From assembly GCA_949373235.1 (NCBI GenBank), contig CASICQ010000004.1:63934-127933 (forward strand): DNA of 64,000 nucleotides, read 5' to 3'. Of this stretch, positions 1-9,322 are shown in pieces. Numbering within the stretch: position 1 is the first letter of the stretch; every line of letters begins with the position of its first letter. The notes beneath the pieces are model-generated. The model ran no database searches. It saw only the letters and a list, made by a program, of their open reading frames with translations, and was not told the DNA's origin. Position numbers and translations under genes: made by a program. The stretch is from Candidatus Poseidoniaceae archaeon (lineage in GTDB: Archaea; Thermoplasmatota; Poseidoniia; Poseidoniales; Poseidoniaceae).

Positions 1-2
1 CC

Positions 3-587
3 AAGTCGACCTTCGGAACCGGCACCCCAACAGGCGATGGCTCCATCGTCAAGGATTGCACAAGTGTGGGAATGGCCTGATGAAAGCGTGATTGCTTTTT
101 GACCCGACGGGAAGGGGAGCACAGGTGAAGGAACACTGCTGGTGCTTTGCATTGCACCGTTGCCAAGTTGCCCGTCTTCGCCCTTCCCCCAACAGGAAAC
201 TGAGCCGTTATCGAGCAGAGCGCAGGTATGACGAGCCCCTGCACTGATTGCTGTTGCAGTGCGACCTGGTCCGAAACTTGAGACATAGACCGGGATTGAC
301 TGATCGGATGTGTCGTTGTTTCCAAGTTGCCCATCCGATCCTTTACCCCAACAAGCCACCGATGCATTGTCAAGGATCATGCACATGTGCTCAGCGCCGA
401 TTGCAATTGTGGCTTGAGTGAAAATCGATCCTTCTTGATAGCCCCCCGCATTCACTGATGCTGGAGGCGTGAGCACAAATTGTTCTCTGTTATCTTCGAG
501 AGGGGGTACCATTTCACCTAAACCTGCGGAGAAACTCAGCATCAACATCAACAACACGAGAAAGTAGGCTTTTCTCTGCACGCTCAT
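3..587 (-). CDS. Secreted RCC1/BLIP-II repeat protein (partial; runs off the window start)
   Basis: Not in the ORF track (no stop inside the window). Manual translation from ATG 587: MSVQRKAYFLVLLMLMLSFSAG (signal-like), then repeats GAEHMCMILDNASVACWGKGSDGQLG, GARHTCALLDNGSVSCWGKGEDGQLG, GHSHTCAILDDGAIACWGAGSEGRL. Confidence 0.85.
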   Translation of the reverse strand, partial: MSVQRKAYFLVLLMLMLSFSAGLGEMVPPLEDNREQFVLTPPASVNAGGYQEGSIFTQATIAIGAEHMCMILDNASVACWGKGSDGQLGNNDTSDQSIPVYVSSFGPGRTATAISAGARHTCALLDNGSVSCWGKGEDGQLGNGAMQSTSSVPSPVLPFPSGQKAITLSSGHSHTCAILDDGAIACWGAGSEGRL

Positions 588-624
588 GTCGGTTCTCTCC
601 GTCCAAATCAAACGCTTTGGTTCT

Positions 625-1878
625 TCAATTCCCATTTGAGTCAGCATCGCTTAACTTGTCCAAATCAGGGGCACTTGGCAATTCAAAGGAAGAGTCTGCA
701 CCCTCCCGCTGAAGGCGTTCGTTGAGTTCGTTAAGAAGTTCTGTGGATTCGGCAGAGGTATCTTGAGGGGTTGCCAGGGGCGATACATCGACGTCTTCAC
801 CGCGCTCGAGTGCTGCAAGTTGGTCTTCAATCGCTTGCTTTCGACGACGACGTTCGGCCATGCTTGGAACCTCGAAGGTCGCCACAAGCATGATTGGATC
901 TCCGTGGGACAAGGCGGCCTTGTATTCCATGACGTCGGGAACCCCATCATTGTCTTCATCGCTGAGAGAGTTGATGATGACTTGGAACTTCGTTGGATCC
1001 TTAGCACGTCGCTTCTTGTGCTTTTTGTAATGGTGTACATACACTTGGTACTTGCCGGCCGGAGCAGTCCCCTCTGGCCAGTAAACGTTCTCAACAGGTT
1101 TCTTGCTTTCAGGGCGTACGTTAGCGTCGACGTCAAGTTCTCCACCGCATTTTGAAATTTTATTTCCGCCATGAATGCGCTCTCCTGAAGGGCAGACGAT
1201 ATGCAAATCAAGGTCGTTAAAGTTGTTCCACATGAGTGATACTTGTACGTCTGATGAACGAGCACCTTCACGGTCGAGTCGAGCTTGTAGGTCCTTCATG
1301 GCTGCTTGAGCCGCTTGTTTCGATTGTACTGCCTCTGCGTCTCGAGCGGTCTGAATCTCATCGAGACGAGCGGCTTCGGCAGCGGCGAGTTCGGATTGGC
1401 GTTCTGCTTCCATTTGCTCAATTTGAGCCAATCGAGCCTCTGCCAGTCGACCTTCTTCCCGTTCACGGCGTCGACGTTCTGCTTCGTCTTCAGCGCGTTG
1501 TGCTTCGAGATCTGCTTCTGCTTGTGCTTCGGCGATTGCAGCCAAGCGTAGCCGTTCTGCTTCGCGTGCATTTTCTGCAACATCCTTAGCCGATCGCTCT
1601 GCTGCTTGCTTCTGAACATTCCGTTCTGCATCGAGTTGGGCCTGTCGGCCACGGGCGATATCTCGAGCGCGGCGGCGCTCTTCAACCACTGCCAATTTGG
1701 CGTTAATCTGAAGCTTAGCATTTCCAAAGCCGGGCTCTCCAGTGCCGTAGCGCAACCCTTCTGGATTCATGCCTTGACGCATGGTGAGGTTTGCATCGCC
1801 GCGGGCCACAATATACCACAGGCCAACCCCGAATCCTCCTCCGAGAATCGCGAGCATACCGAGCGACTGTGCATCCAT
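625..1878 (-). CDS. Membrane-anchored coiled-coil protein with YfaP/DUF2135-like domain
   Basis: N-terminal hydrophobic helix, long A/E/R/Q-rich helical stalk, then WNNFNDLDLHIVCPSGERI...GGELDVDAN...ENVYW...GKYQVYVHHY. Confidence 0.7.
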   Translation of the reverse strand: MDAQSLGMLAILGGGFGVGLWYIVARGDANLTMRQGMNPEGLRYGTGEPGFGNAKLQINAKLAVVEERRRARDIARGRQAQLDAERNVQKQAAERSAKDVAENAREAERLRLAAIAEAQAEADLEAQRAEDEAERRRREREEGRLAEARLAQIEQMEAERQSELAAAEAARLDEIQTARDAEAVQSKQAAQAAMKDLQARLDREGARSSDVQVSLMWNNFNDLDLHIVCPSGERIHGGNKISKCGGELDVDANVRPESKKPVENVYWPEGTAPAGKYQVYVHHYKKHKKRRAKDPTKFQVIINSLSDEDNDGVPDVMEYKAALSHGDPIMLVATFEVPSMAERRRRKQAIEDQLAALERGEDVDVSPLATPQDTSAESTELLNELNERLQREGADSSFELPSAPDLDKLSDADSNGN

Positions 1879-1931
1879 TAGTCAAGCCTAACAAGACGAC
1901 GCCTATTGTAGCATCGGTCAATTGGCGATGC

Positions 1932-4400
1932 TCAACTCGACAAATCTTTGACCTTCTCTATCAGATCCATTTTCCGCAATCGCCACACGCCAATAGGCGT
2001 CATAGCGACTGCAATCACAACAACGCCACCCATCAGCTGGTAAGCCACATCTGGGACAATGGTAACCGGGACAAAGAACTGCCAAGATGAGAACGACGCT
2101 GCCAATCCAACTGCGCCTCCATATGCAAACAAAACGCCAACTATACCGCCTATAATACCGATAAGCAGGCTCTCAAACAGAAGCATCAAGCCAAGGCTGC
2201 GGGTTGATGCTCCAAGGACCCGCAACGTAGCCAATTCGAAATCACGTTCTGCTACATTCATGATCATGGTGTTGAACATAACAACAATGGTGAACAGGAG
2301 GCCAAGGTACATCATGGTCTGGAAAATCTGGGTCTGCTGGTCCAGTAAACTGTTGATGCCATCAAGCAAGGTTTGCCGTTGAACTACACCTGTCGAGGCT
2401 TCACCAAGAGATGAGTCAACTTCCACCCCTTCAGGGAGTTCAAGGTACACCGAAGTAGCGTTTACTCCGAGAATTTCGCCCAAATCGCCACGTAAGAAAT
2501 ACATGGTACGGGCCAATTCTGCTGTCGATGTGCCAACGATTTCCACATCGATTGGTGCGCCATTGATGAGAACTGTTTGTTGTTCTCCAACATTCCATCC
2601 GAGGAAGCGCATGCTCCCTTCTTCCATTACAACCTGAGTGACTGCCATATTCCCAGAGGGACCCTTGCCATCCAAAAGGGACACTGCACGCATACCGCTC
2701 TCGAACGAATCAATGCCGACAAGAGTGAATATTCGCTCGATATCATCAGCATCAGCAACTGAGCCAAGAGGCATTTCAATGAGCATTTCATAATTGGCAG
2801 AATTGTTCTCTGCCCAATCAATAACGGGTTGTTCCCCATCTGCGGTAATGTAGACTTGCGCATCCCAAGTTTGGTCGTTCTCAAGACCGCCAACCATTGT
2901 CTCTTGCAATCCTGCTGACATCATTTGAATTGAACCAAACAGCATCAGAGAAATACCGACTGCGATAAATGTCATCGTAAGTCGGATCGGTTTGCGAACG
3001 CTTGAACGAATCGAAAGGCCGAGCGTTGTAGGCATCCATGAAGTGAGTTTTCGAAGGATGTTTGAGCCGACGCGCATTTCATTTTGCCCACTCAGCACCT
3101 CAAGCGGGTCGAGTCGACTCGCTTTCCATGCAGGGAAGGCTCCGGAAAGGAACACGACAAACATGGTAGAGCCGATGACGGTGAGATAGATTGATGACGG
3201 AATTGTACGCACTATGATTGGCATACCAACGAGGTCTTGATAGAAATCAAGCATTCCATTCATACCCCAGGGCCCTGCTAAGGCACCAAGCGAACAGCCG
3301 ATTCCACCGATGACAAGAGGCGCAACAAGATAGCCGGTCATCAGCGCTGAGCGCTCGACTCCAAGCGTTCGTAAGACGGCGATTTCCTTCGCTTGACTTT
3401 GTACTAAACGTTGTAAACTCAAGACAATCGTGATTGCTGCAATTGATGCGATCATTACGGTAAAGGGAACGGTTGTCCGCTTGGTCCCTTCCAAATCTTG
3501 TCGCATGACTTCGACCGGTTCATTCTGCCCTCGGTCTCGAACGCGTGCATCCAATTCGGTGTCAGAAAGTGAAGCATCAACAATCCCTTTCAAAACATCA
3601 ATTTCTTCCCCTTCATACTCAGGCGTATCGGGTAAATCATAGGACGGTGTTCCTTCAACATCCAAAACAATCGTGTTGCTTGTTCCAACAACATGGCCTG
3701 TCAGTCGAGCCATTCCAGTATCGGAAAGGTAGCCTACGACATATTGTCCAGATTCTGGTGGAAACAATGTCCCTTCAGGAGCCATAATGACGTGCAAAGG
3801 ATGGTAGCCGGTTCCAACAACAGTGAACGTTGCACTCGCATTTCCAGCACTGATGTTCACCGTATCTCCAAGTTCGATTTCAAGGGCCTCTGTGACATGG
3901 GCATCAATAACGATTTCATCTGCAGCAACCGCAGTTCGACCTGTTGAATACCCTTCAGGCATCCATACGCGGTCAGTGTTTGCATCGGCAGGAATACCGT
4001 GCCAGAACGAATTGATGATGTGCTCTCCAGTGTCGTTGGTGTGGAACATCGCACCTTGGGTCACGGTGCGTCCTTCACATGATTCAAGGGGGAAGGAGGC
4101 TGTCGAACTTGATGCAAACCCGGACGCCAATGACTCACAGAAGGCATTGACTTGTTCAGAACTCCACGCAGCACTTCGGTTGTCAATCCAAAGGTCTGCC
4201 AGATTAGAACCGCTTTCTTCATCGGCTTGCATGGTGTCGTACATGCCACCAAGGTTGTGCGCATAGCCTCCAAAAGTTATGCCAGCAAATACGCCAACAA
4301 ACACCATCAAAACAACGGCCACAAGCCGAAGTTTTGTACGCCAAAGGCTTCTTGCCAAGCGCTTATTCAGTAGATTTGACACCCTAAGACCTCCAATCAC
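1932..4400 (-). CDS. ABC transporter permease, FtsX/MacB-like (two FtsX modules)
   Basis: Two repeats of TM-extracellular domain-EIAVLRTLG / ELATLRVLG-3TM; directly downstream of the ATPase with a 4-nt overlap. Confidence 0.9.
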   Translation of the reverse strand: MIGGLRVSNLLNKRLARSLWRTKLRLVAVVLMVFVGVFAGITFGGYAHNLGGMYDTMQADEESGSNLADLWIDNRSAAWSSEQVNAFCESLASGFASSSTASFPLESCEGRTVTQGAMFHTNDTGEHIINSFWHGIPADANTDRVWMPEGYSTGRTAVAADEIVIDAHVTEALEIELGDTVNISAGNASATFTVVGTGYHPLHVIMAPEGTLFPPESGQYVVGYLSDTGMARLTGHVVGTSNTIVLDVEGTPSYDLPDTPEYEGEEIDVLKGIVDASLSDTELDARVRDRGQNEPVEVMRQDLEGTKRTTVPFTVMIASIAAITIVLSLQRLVQSQAKEIAVLRTLGVERSALMTGYLVAPLVIGGIGCSLGALAGPWGMNGMLDFYQDLVGMPIIVRTIPSSIYLTVIGSTMFVVFLSGAFPAWKASRLDPLEVLSGQNEMRVGSNILRKLTSWMPTTLGLSIRSSVRKPIRLTMTFIAVGISLMLFGSIQMMSAGLQETMVGGLENDQTWDAQVYITADGEQPVIDWAENNSANYEMLIEMPLGSVADADDIERIFTLVGIDSFESGMRAVSLLDGKGPSGNMAVTQVVMEEGSMRFLGWNVGEQQTVLINGAPIDVEIVGTSTAELARTMYFLRGDLGEILGVNATSVYLELPEGVEVDSSLGEASTGVVQRQTLLDGINSLLDQQTQIFQTMMYLGLLFTIVVMFNTMIMNVAERDFELATLRVLGASTRSLGLMLLFESLLIGIIGGIVGVLFAYGGAVGLAASFSSWQFFVPVTIVPDVAYQLMGGVVVIAVAMTPIGVWRLRKMDLIEKVKDLSS

Positions 4401-5095
4401 GCTTCTTCGTCTGAACTGTCAATCTTTTCATCCGAGATGATTTTACCACTATCAATTCGAATGACTCTGGTCGCATACTTGACTAAACCTTCATCGTGAG
4501 TGACGAAAACTGCGGTGATGTTCTCTTGCTTGCAAGCGTGAACCAAAGCCTCCATGACTTTGTTTGAAGTTTCGGTATCGAGGTTTCCGGTCAATTCATC
4601 CCCAAGAAGAAGAGTTGGGCGTTTGGCGATGCTTCGAGCGATAGCAACGCGCTGTTGCTGGCCACCACTTATTTCACCAGGAAAACGGTTCACTTCAGCT
4701 TCGAGTCCTACGAGTTTGAGTAATTCTTTGGCTCGCCCAGCATCTTTCTTCCCTGCCAATTCTTGGATGAGAAGGATGTTTTCAAGAACCGAGAGATCTT
4801 GAAGGAGATTGAAAAATTGAAAGACATAGCCAATGTTTTCACGTCGGAATGAGGTCATTTTTTCTGAATGCTTGCGAGGCACTTCAGCGTCTTGGAAGAT
4901 GTAACTTCCATCCGTCGGACTGTCGAGAGCTGACAAGCAATTGAGAAGAGTGGTTTTTCCTGAACCTGAAGGGCCCAACAGAATGACGCGCTCGCCTTCA
5001 TGAATCACTAAGTCAATTCCATCAAGTGCTTTGACAACGCCTGCTGGTGTTTCGTAATGCCGTTCTAGGTTTTCCATTTGCAATAATTTGTTCAT
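4397..5095 (-). CDS. ABC transporter ATP-binding protein (LolD/MacB-like)
   Basis: GPSGSGKTT Walker A, ISGGQQQRVAIAR signature, DELTGNLD, VTHD; ATG 5095 overlaps the TetR stop (ORF track start 5104). Confidence 0.95.
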   Translation of the reverse strand: MNKLLQMENLERHYETPAGVVKALDGIDLVIHEGERVILLGPSGSGKTTLLNCLSALDSPTDGSYIFQDAEVPRKHSEKMTSFRRENIGYVFQFFNLLQDLSVLENILLIQELAGKKDAGRAKELLKLVGLEAEVNRFPGEISGGQQQRVAIARSIAKRPTLLLGDELTGNLDTETSNKVMEALVHACKQENITAVFVTHDEGLVKYATRVIRIDSGKIISDEKIDSSDEEA

Positions 5096-5727
5096 TTGTT
5101 CCACCTTCTTATTTCAAAGAGTTGCTTAAACATCTCAAAGAATTTGCCTGCCACTTGTTGTTCACCCAAGCGCTTTTCTTGCATTTCTTTCAACAGCCAG
5201 ACCTCATATTCGGTGTTCATGCGAATGAGCACATGGAGAGGAACATCATCACGGATCGCCCCAATCTGCACCCCATGTTCGAGAATGGCCATAAAATCAC
5301 CATACTCGCTCAAGCCCTCACATTCAGCGTTCAATTTACGGAAAATGGGGTGATCGGTGCCCAGCGATACCAATTGACGCATGAGGGACATGAGCAGCGG
5401 ATGCTGAAGAACGTCATTCCACTGCTTTGATGAAATCGTCTTAATTGAGTCCCAATATGTTTGCTCGTCATCCCCCAACGGGAGTGAAGCGTTTGCGAAA
5501 CCAAAACTTCCTGTTGCGTGTGCAAAAGCGTCCAGAAAACATGTGATGAACAAATCTTCCTTGTTTTCAAAATAATAGTACATCGATCCTTTGGAAATTC
5601 CAATTTTTTGTATGATTTGGTTGTACGAGGCGCCGTCATAACCAAGCGCTGCAAATTCCTGCTTTGACACTTCAAGAATCCTCGCTTTGAGGGATTCTTC
5701 AATGGATTCATAGCGTGCGAGAGGCAT
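5092..5727 (-). CDS. TetR/AcrR family transcriptional regulator
   Basis: RILEVSKQEFAALGYDGASYNQIIQKIGISKGSMYYYFENKEDLF TetR HTH; start refined to MPLARY (ORF track 5934). Confidence 0.9.
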   Translation of the reverse strand: MPLARYESIEESLKARILEVSKQEFAALGYDGASYNQIIQKIGISKGSMYYYFENKEDLFITCFLDAFAHATGSFGFANASLPLGDDEQTYWDSIKTISSKQWNDVLQHPLLMSLMRQLVSLGTDHPIFRKLNAECEGLSEYGDFMAILEHGVQIGAIRDDVPLHVLIRMNTEYEVWLLKEMQEKRLGEQQVAGKFFEMFKQLFEIRRWNK

Positions 5728-5758
5728 TCGACCAGTTGGTCGGACCATCCGGTCGAAT
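5726..5758. promoter_or_regulatory. Putative TetR operator: tandem GACCAnnTGGTC-type palindromes
   Basis: Perfect CGACCA-gt-TGGTCG at 5729-5742, imperfect GGACCA-tc-CGGTCG at 5742-5755, outer 8-bp inverted repeat ATTCGACC (5726-5733) / GGTCGAAT (5751-5758), abutting the TetR start codon. Confidence 0.65.
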
Positions 5759-5766
5759 ATAGTATT
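5757..5766 (-). promoter_or_regulatory. Candidate TATA box for a leaderless tetR-ABC operon transcript
   Basis: Minus strand AATACTATAT about 30 nt upstream of ATG 5727. Confidence 0.4.
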
Positions 5767-5845
5767 GATGGTTGCTGGAAAGGGGATTGAACGCTGGAAT
5801 GGGGCATTGAAGCACCACGCGTTGAAGAGGGCAAGCCCATATACC

Positions 5846-6502
5846 ATGCCTTCCTTCATTAAATTGATGAGAGAAATCCATCTGGGTTGGACGGCTGAAA
5901 CCGTAGCCAATTCTGAATATGCACCGATCGCCAAAATTGCTCATTCGCTCGAAGTTGTTGGCCATCTTGACATCGGAGAAGATGGAATCAGACAACTCAT
6001 CTCTCCCACCTTTTGTGAAGGGCAAGACCCCGAAAATCTGAATGAAGTCCCCTTCTTGAAGGTTGAATCGGTTTTAGGCGTAGGAGATGGGGGCTACGTT
6101 GTCGTTTGGAATTCACACCCGCTGTCCATGGCTGCGATCAAATTTCCAGACATTCACATCCTACCGCCATACACCTACGGTGGCGAAGGAATTTCAATCA
6201 AAGTTCGAGGGGTCCCGAGTGGAATTTCAGATTTCCTAAAAGTCGCTCGGAAAATCCTCCCCCCTGATGTGGTCAAGGTTGTCGAAATGGAAAGCAATCA
6301 AAGCATCGTTGAAACATTGCTTACAGAGCGGCAAATTGAATGCATGAAAATCGCTGTATCCTCAGGGTATTATGAGCACCCAAAGAAAATCAATTTGCGG
6401 GAACTCGCAGAACTCATCGACACCCCACGCTCGACCCTTCAAGAACACCTCAGCAGAGCAGAAATTGCGATGATGCATTGGAGTTCAGAGCAAATTGAAT
6501 GA
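5846..6502 (+). CDS. HTH-10 (bacterio-opsin activator-type) transcriptional regulator
   Basis: C-terminal LTERQIECMKIAVSSGYYEHPKKINLRELAELIDTPRSTLQEHLSRAE; start uncertain (ORF track 5765). Confidence 0.85.
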   Translation: MPSFIKLMREIHLGWTAETVANSEYAPIAKIAHSLEVVGHLDIGEDGIRQLISPTFCEGQDPENLNEVPFLKVESVLGVGDGGYVVVWNSHPLSMAAIKFPDIHILPPYTYGGEGISIKVRGVPSGISDFLKVARKILPPDVVKVVEMESNQSIVETLLTERQIECMKIAVSSGYYEHPKKINLRELAELIDTPRSTLQEHLSRAEIAMMHWSSEQIE

Positions 6503-6550
6503 TTTCTTCGAGGTGCAAAGCCTTGAGAATAGAGACTGGGTGGCACCGAC

Positions 6551-7348
6551 ATGGACAAAGCAGCACGGATGGCTAAGTTGCTGCCACAAGGGCGAGGCGT
6601 CTGGATTCCAATCGACCACGGTGCTTCGGATTTCCCAATCCCTGGCTTAACCGACACCGAAGCTGTGATTCGTTCCTTGATCGCCGCCGGCGTGGATGGG
6701 ATTGTCGCTCAAAAAGGTCTTGTTTCACATTACCACCACCTGTGTGAAGGGACTTCGACCTCGATGGTGATTCATTTTTCAGTATCGACCAGGCATGCTG
6801 GCCCCGACGGAGCAAACAAGGTCCTGGTTGGTCATGCTGATGAGGTCCTGCCACGTGGAGGCTTGGGTGTTTCATGCCAAGTCAACATGGGGAGCCCGAA
6901 TGAGGCTCAGATGATTGAACGAATGGGTCAAATTAGCAGAGAAGCCCTTCATCACAACTTGCCAATGTTTGGCATGGTGTACGCCCGGGGTGAATACCTC
7001 AACCCAATCGAAGGGGACACAACTGGAGGCAACGCCCATGCGGTCCGGCTTGCCTTTGAACTGGGCTGTGACGCTGCTAAAACCGTGTGGAACGGGGACG
7101 CTGAAGCGTTCAAAACCATCACCTCTGCTGCACCAATTCCGGTGTTGGTTGCGGGTGGACCATCCACCGGCGACAGCCACAGCATCCTCACTATGGTTCG
7201 ATCTGCGCTCGACGCAGGCGCCTCCGGGGTGTGCATGGGTCGGCAGGTGTTTGCCCATGAAAATGTCGAAGGCATCGCTCGTGCACTTGTGATGCTGGTG
7301 CATGAAAATGCCTCCGTTGAAGACGCCATGAGCGCTTGTCAACTGTAA
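6551..7348 (+). CDS. aroA': 2-amino-3,7-dideoxy-D-threo-hept-6-ulosonate synthase (class I aldolase)
   Basis: IPIDHG, DGIVAQKG, AFELGCDAAKT, PVLVAGGP, GVCMGRQVF motifs; immediately upstream of DHQ synthase II. Confidence 0.85.
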   Translation: MDKAARMAKLLPQGRGVWIPIDHGASDFPIPGLTDTEAVIRSLIAAGVDGIVAQKGLVSHYHHLCEGTSTSMVIHFSVSTRHAGPDGANKVLVGHADEVLPRGGLGVSCQVNMGSPNEAQMIERMGQISREALHHNLPMFGMVYARGEYLNPIEGDTTGGNAHAVRLAFELGCDAAKTVWNGDAEAFKTITSAAPIPVLVAGGPSTGDSHSILTMVRSALDAGASGVCMGRQVFAHENVEGIARALVMLVHENASVEDAMSACQL

Positions 7349-7359
7349 GAGGGAACGTC

Positions 7360-8370
7360 ATGGAATTATGGATCGACCGACGTGATGTTCCCGCCGGCGA
7401 GAAAACGTTGCCAAATGGTTTTACTCGTAGCCTCGATGGGGAAGGAATGTCCATCGAAGGAAAGAAAATTCTCCTAAACGGTGCTGTGATTGGGGCTTAT
7501 ATCCACATCAGAGATGGCACGCATCAAGACGATGCAAGAGCGTTGATTGGCAGCGTGGAATGGCTGTTGGTTTCGTTTGAGGACTGGTCGATGATCCCAC
7601 TGGAGAATTTCATTGCTGCATCAGAAGGAACACCGACTAAAATCGCAGCACTGCTCACCGATGCATCTCAAATCCAAGGGGCTGCTTTTGCTCTTGAACG
7701 AGGTGTGGATGCAATTGTGGTCAGCGAAACGAACGATTTGGTCGAAGCAGCACAAATCGCAATGGCGCAGCGCTTAGAACGACCTGATTCACCGGCCACG
7801 ACGGCCTCCGAAGTCACCTCTGAAATCATTCCAACTGTCCTGACCATCACTTCAGTTGAAGATGGAGGACTTGGGGAACGGTATTGCATTGATTTCACTT
7901 CACTGCTCCGCCCTGGAGAAGGCATGCTCATCGGTTCTAACGCCTCAAGTTTCATGCTCGTTCATGGTGAAACTGTATCCTCCGAATTTGTACCTGTGCG
8001 CCCGTTCAGAGTCAACGCTGGATCGCCACAATCATACACGCTGATGGCGGACGGCTCAACCAAATACCTTGCAGAACTCTCTTCCGGTGATAACGTTACA
8101 GTGGTCAACCATGAAGGCCATTCACGCCATGTCGTTGTTGGCAGGCTTAAAATTGAACAACGCCCCCTTTTACTGCTAAAATGGATGAATGCCAACCATA
8201 AAGAGGGGCATATGTTCTTGCAGCAAGCAGAGACGGTCCGAGCCGTTGATTCATCCGGAATTCCAGTGTCAGTGACTTCAATCTCAATTGGCGATGAAAT
8301 ATTCGGCTGGAACGACACAGGTGCACGCCACATTGGCGTCGCTATCTCGAGCAATGTCTTCGAGAGGTGA
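7360..8370 (+). CDS. aroB': 3-dehydroquinate synthase II
   Basis: DWSMIPLENFIA, ALERGVD, GERYCIDFTSLLRPGEGMLIG, RPFRVNAG, TKYLAEL, KIEQRPL, LQQAETVR, ARHIG. Confidence 0.92.
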   Translation: MELWIDRRDVPAGEKTLPNGFTRSLDGEGMSIEGKKILLNGAVIGAYIHIRDGTHQDDARALIGSVEWLLVSFEDWSMIPLENFIAASEGTPTKIAALLTDASQIQGAAFALERGVDAIVVSETNDLVEAAQIAMAQRLERPDSPATTASEVTSEIIPTVLTITSVEDGGLGERYCIDFTSLLRPGEGMLIGSNASSFMLVHGETVSSEFVPVRPFRVNAGSPQSYTLMADGSTKYLAELSSGDNVTVVNHEGHSRHVVVGRLKIEQRPLLLLKWMNANHKEGHMFLQQAETVRAVDSSGIPVSVTSISIGDEIFGWNDTGARHIGVAISSNVFER

Positions 8371-8374
8371 AACA

Positions 8375-9262
8375 GTGGCGGTACTTGGAAACGGCAAAGC
8401 ACATGGTGCTTGCAGCCTTCTTCATGCAGCAGGTTTGGGGTACGGTGCGAGCGTTGCGCTTGACTTGCCAGTTGCGGTTCGTCTGCTCGATGCTGCAAGT
8501 AAACGGACCTTAGAAGATCCTGATGGGTTGCTTAAGTGCGTGCTTGCGGCTTGGTCCAACGCCGGCCACCCTTTTCCTCAAGACCGCTCAGCGGAAGAGT
8601 TCCACTGGGCCGTTGCCTCAAAAATACCACCTCGTCAGGGCCTAAAATCCAGCGCAGCAATTGCAGTTGCAGCAATTCGTGCGCTCGCAGACGCCACCTC
8701 GATTGAACTTGAGGACGCAGCGATTGTAGCCATCGCCGCTCAAGCGCAGATTGAATCGGGCGTTTCCCTCACAGGTTCGATTGACGATGCTTGGGCCTGC
8801 GCAACAACCGGTTGGAAACTGATTGACACTCAGGCGGAAACCATCCAAGAAGGCGTGCTCCTCGAGAGCCCGGGTCCCAGTTCCGAGGATTGGTATGTTC
8901 TCCTGATTTGTCGAGGCGACCGAGAACACAAACCAGTCATGGAAGATTTTGTCCCTCATACGGCTGCATTCCAACAAGCCTTGAGCGCCTTGCAAGAAGG
9001 TCGGGAATTGGTCGCCCTGACGTGGAACGGGCGCGCTATGATTGGGGTTTTGGGCGATTTAGGCGGCCGGAAACTAACAAATGACGCCCTTATGAATGGG
9101 GCGCGCGCAGCTGGATTGTCTGGTTCTGGCTCTGCTTTAGTGATCGTGGCCCCAAAGGTCAGCAAACCCACATGTGAACGTTTGAAAAACTTCTTTGAAT
9201 CTCGCAAGGATGGAATCACCGTCATTGAAACAACATTTTTGAGTCAAGTTCCAGATGAATGA
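8375..9262 (+). CDS. aroK: Archaeal shikimate kinase (GHMP family)
   Basis: GKAHGACSLLHA..G.GAS, SKIPPRQGLKSSAA, LTGSIDDAWAC, GLSGSGSA; GTG start after GAGGTGA (ORF track 8288). Confidence 0.88.
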   Translation: MAVLGNGKAHGACSLLHAAGLGYGASVALDLPVAVRLLDAASKRTLEDPDGLLKCVLAAWSNAGHPFPQDRSAEEFHWAVASKIPPRQGLKSSAAIAVAAIRALADATSIELEDAAIVAIAAQAQIESGVSLTGSIDDAWACATTGWKLIDTQAETIQEGVLLESPGPSSEDWYVLLICRGDREHKPVMEDFVPHTAAFQQALSALQEGRELVALTWNGRAMIGVLGDLGGRKLTNDALMNGARAAGLSGSGSALVIVAPKVSKPTCERLKNFFESRKDGITVIETTFLSQVPDE

Positions 9263-9322
9263 GCCCCTATGGTCCCGCACGCACCTTCTTGAAGGAAGTA
9301 CGGCTGGGTCGGATTGAATTAC

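Noticed and set aside
5728-5934. Long N-terminal extension of TetR in the ORF track
   Set aside because: Overlaps the divergent HTH-10 gene and contains the operator and TATA-like elements; family pattern begins at MPLARY.
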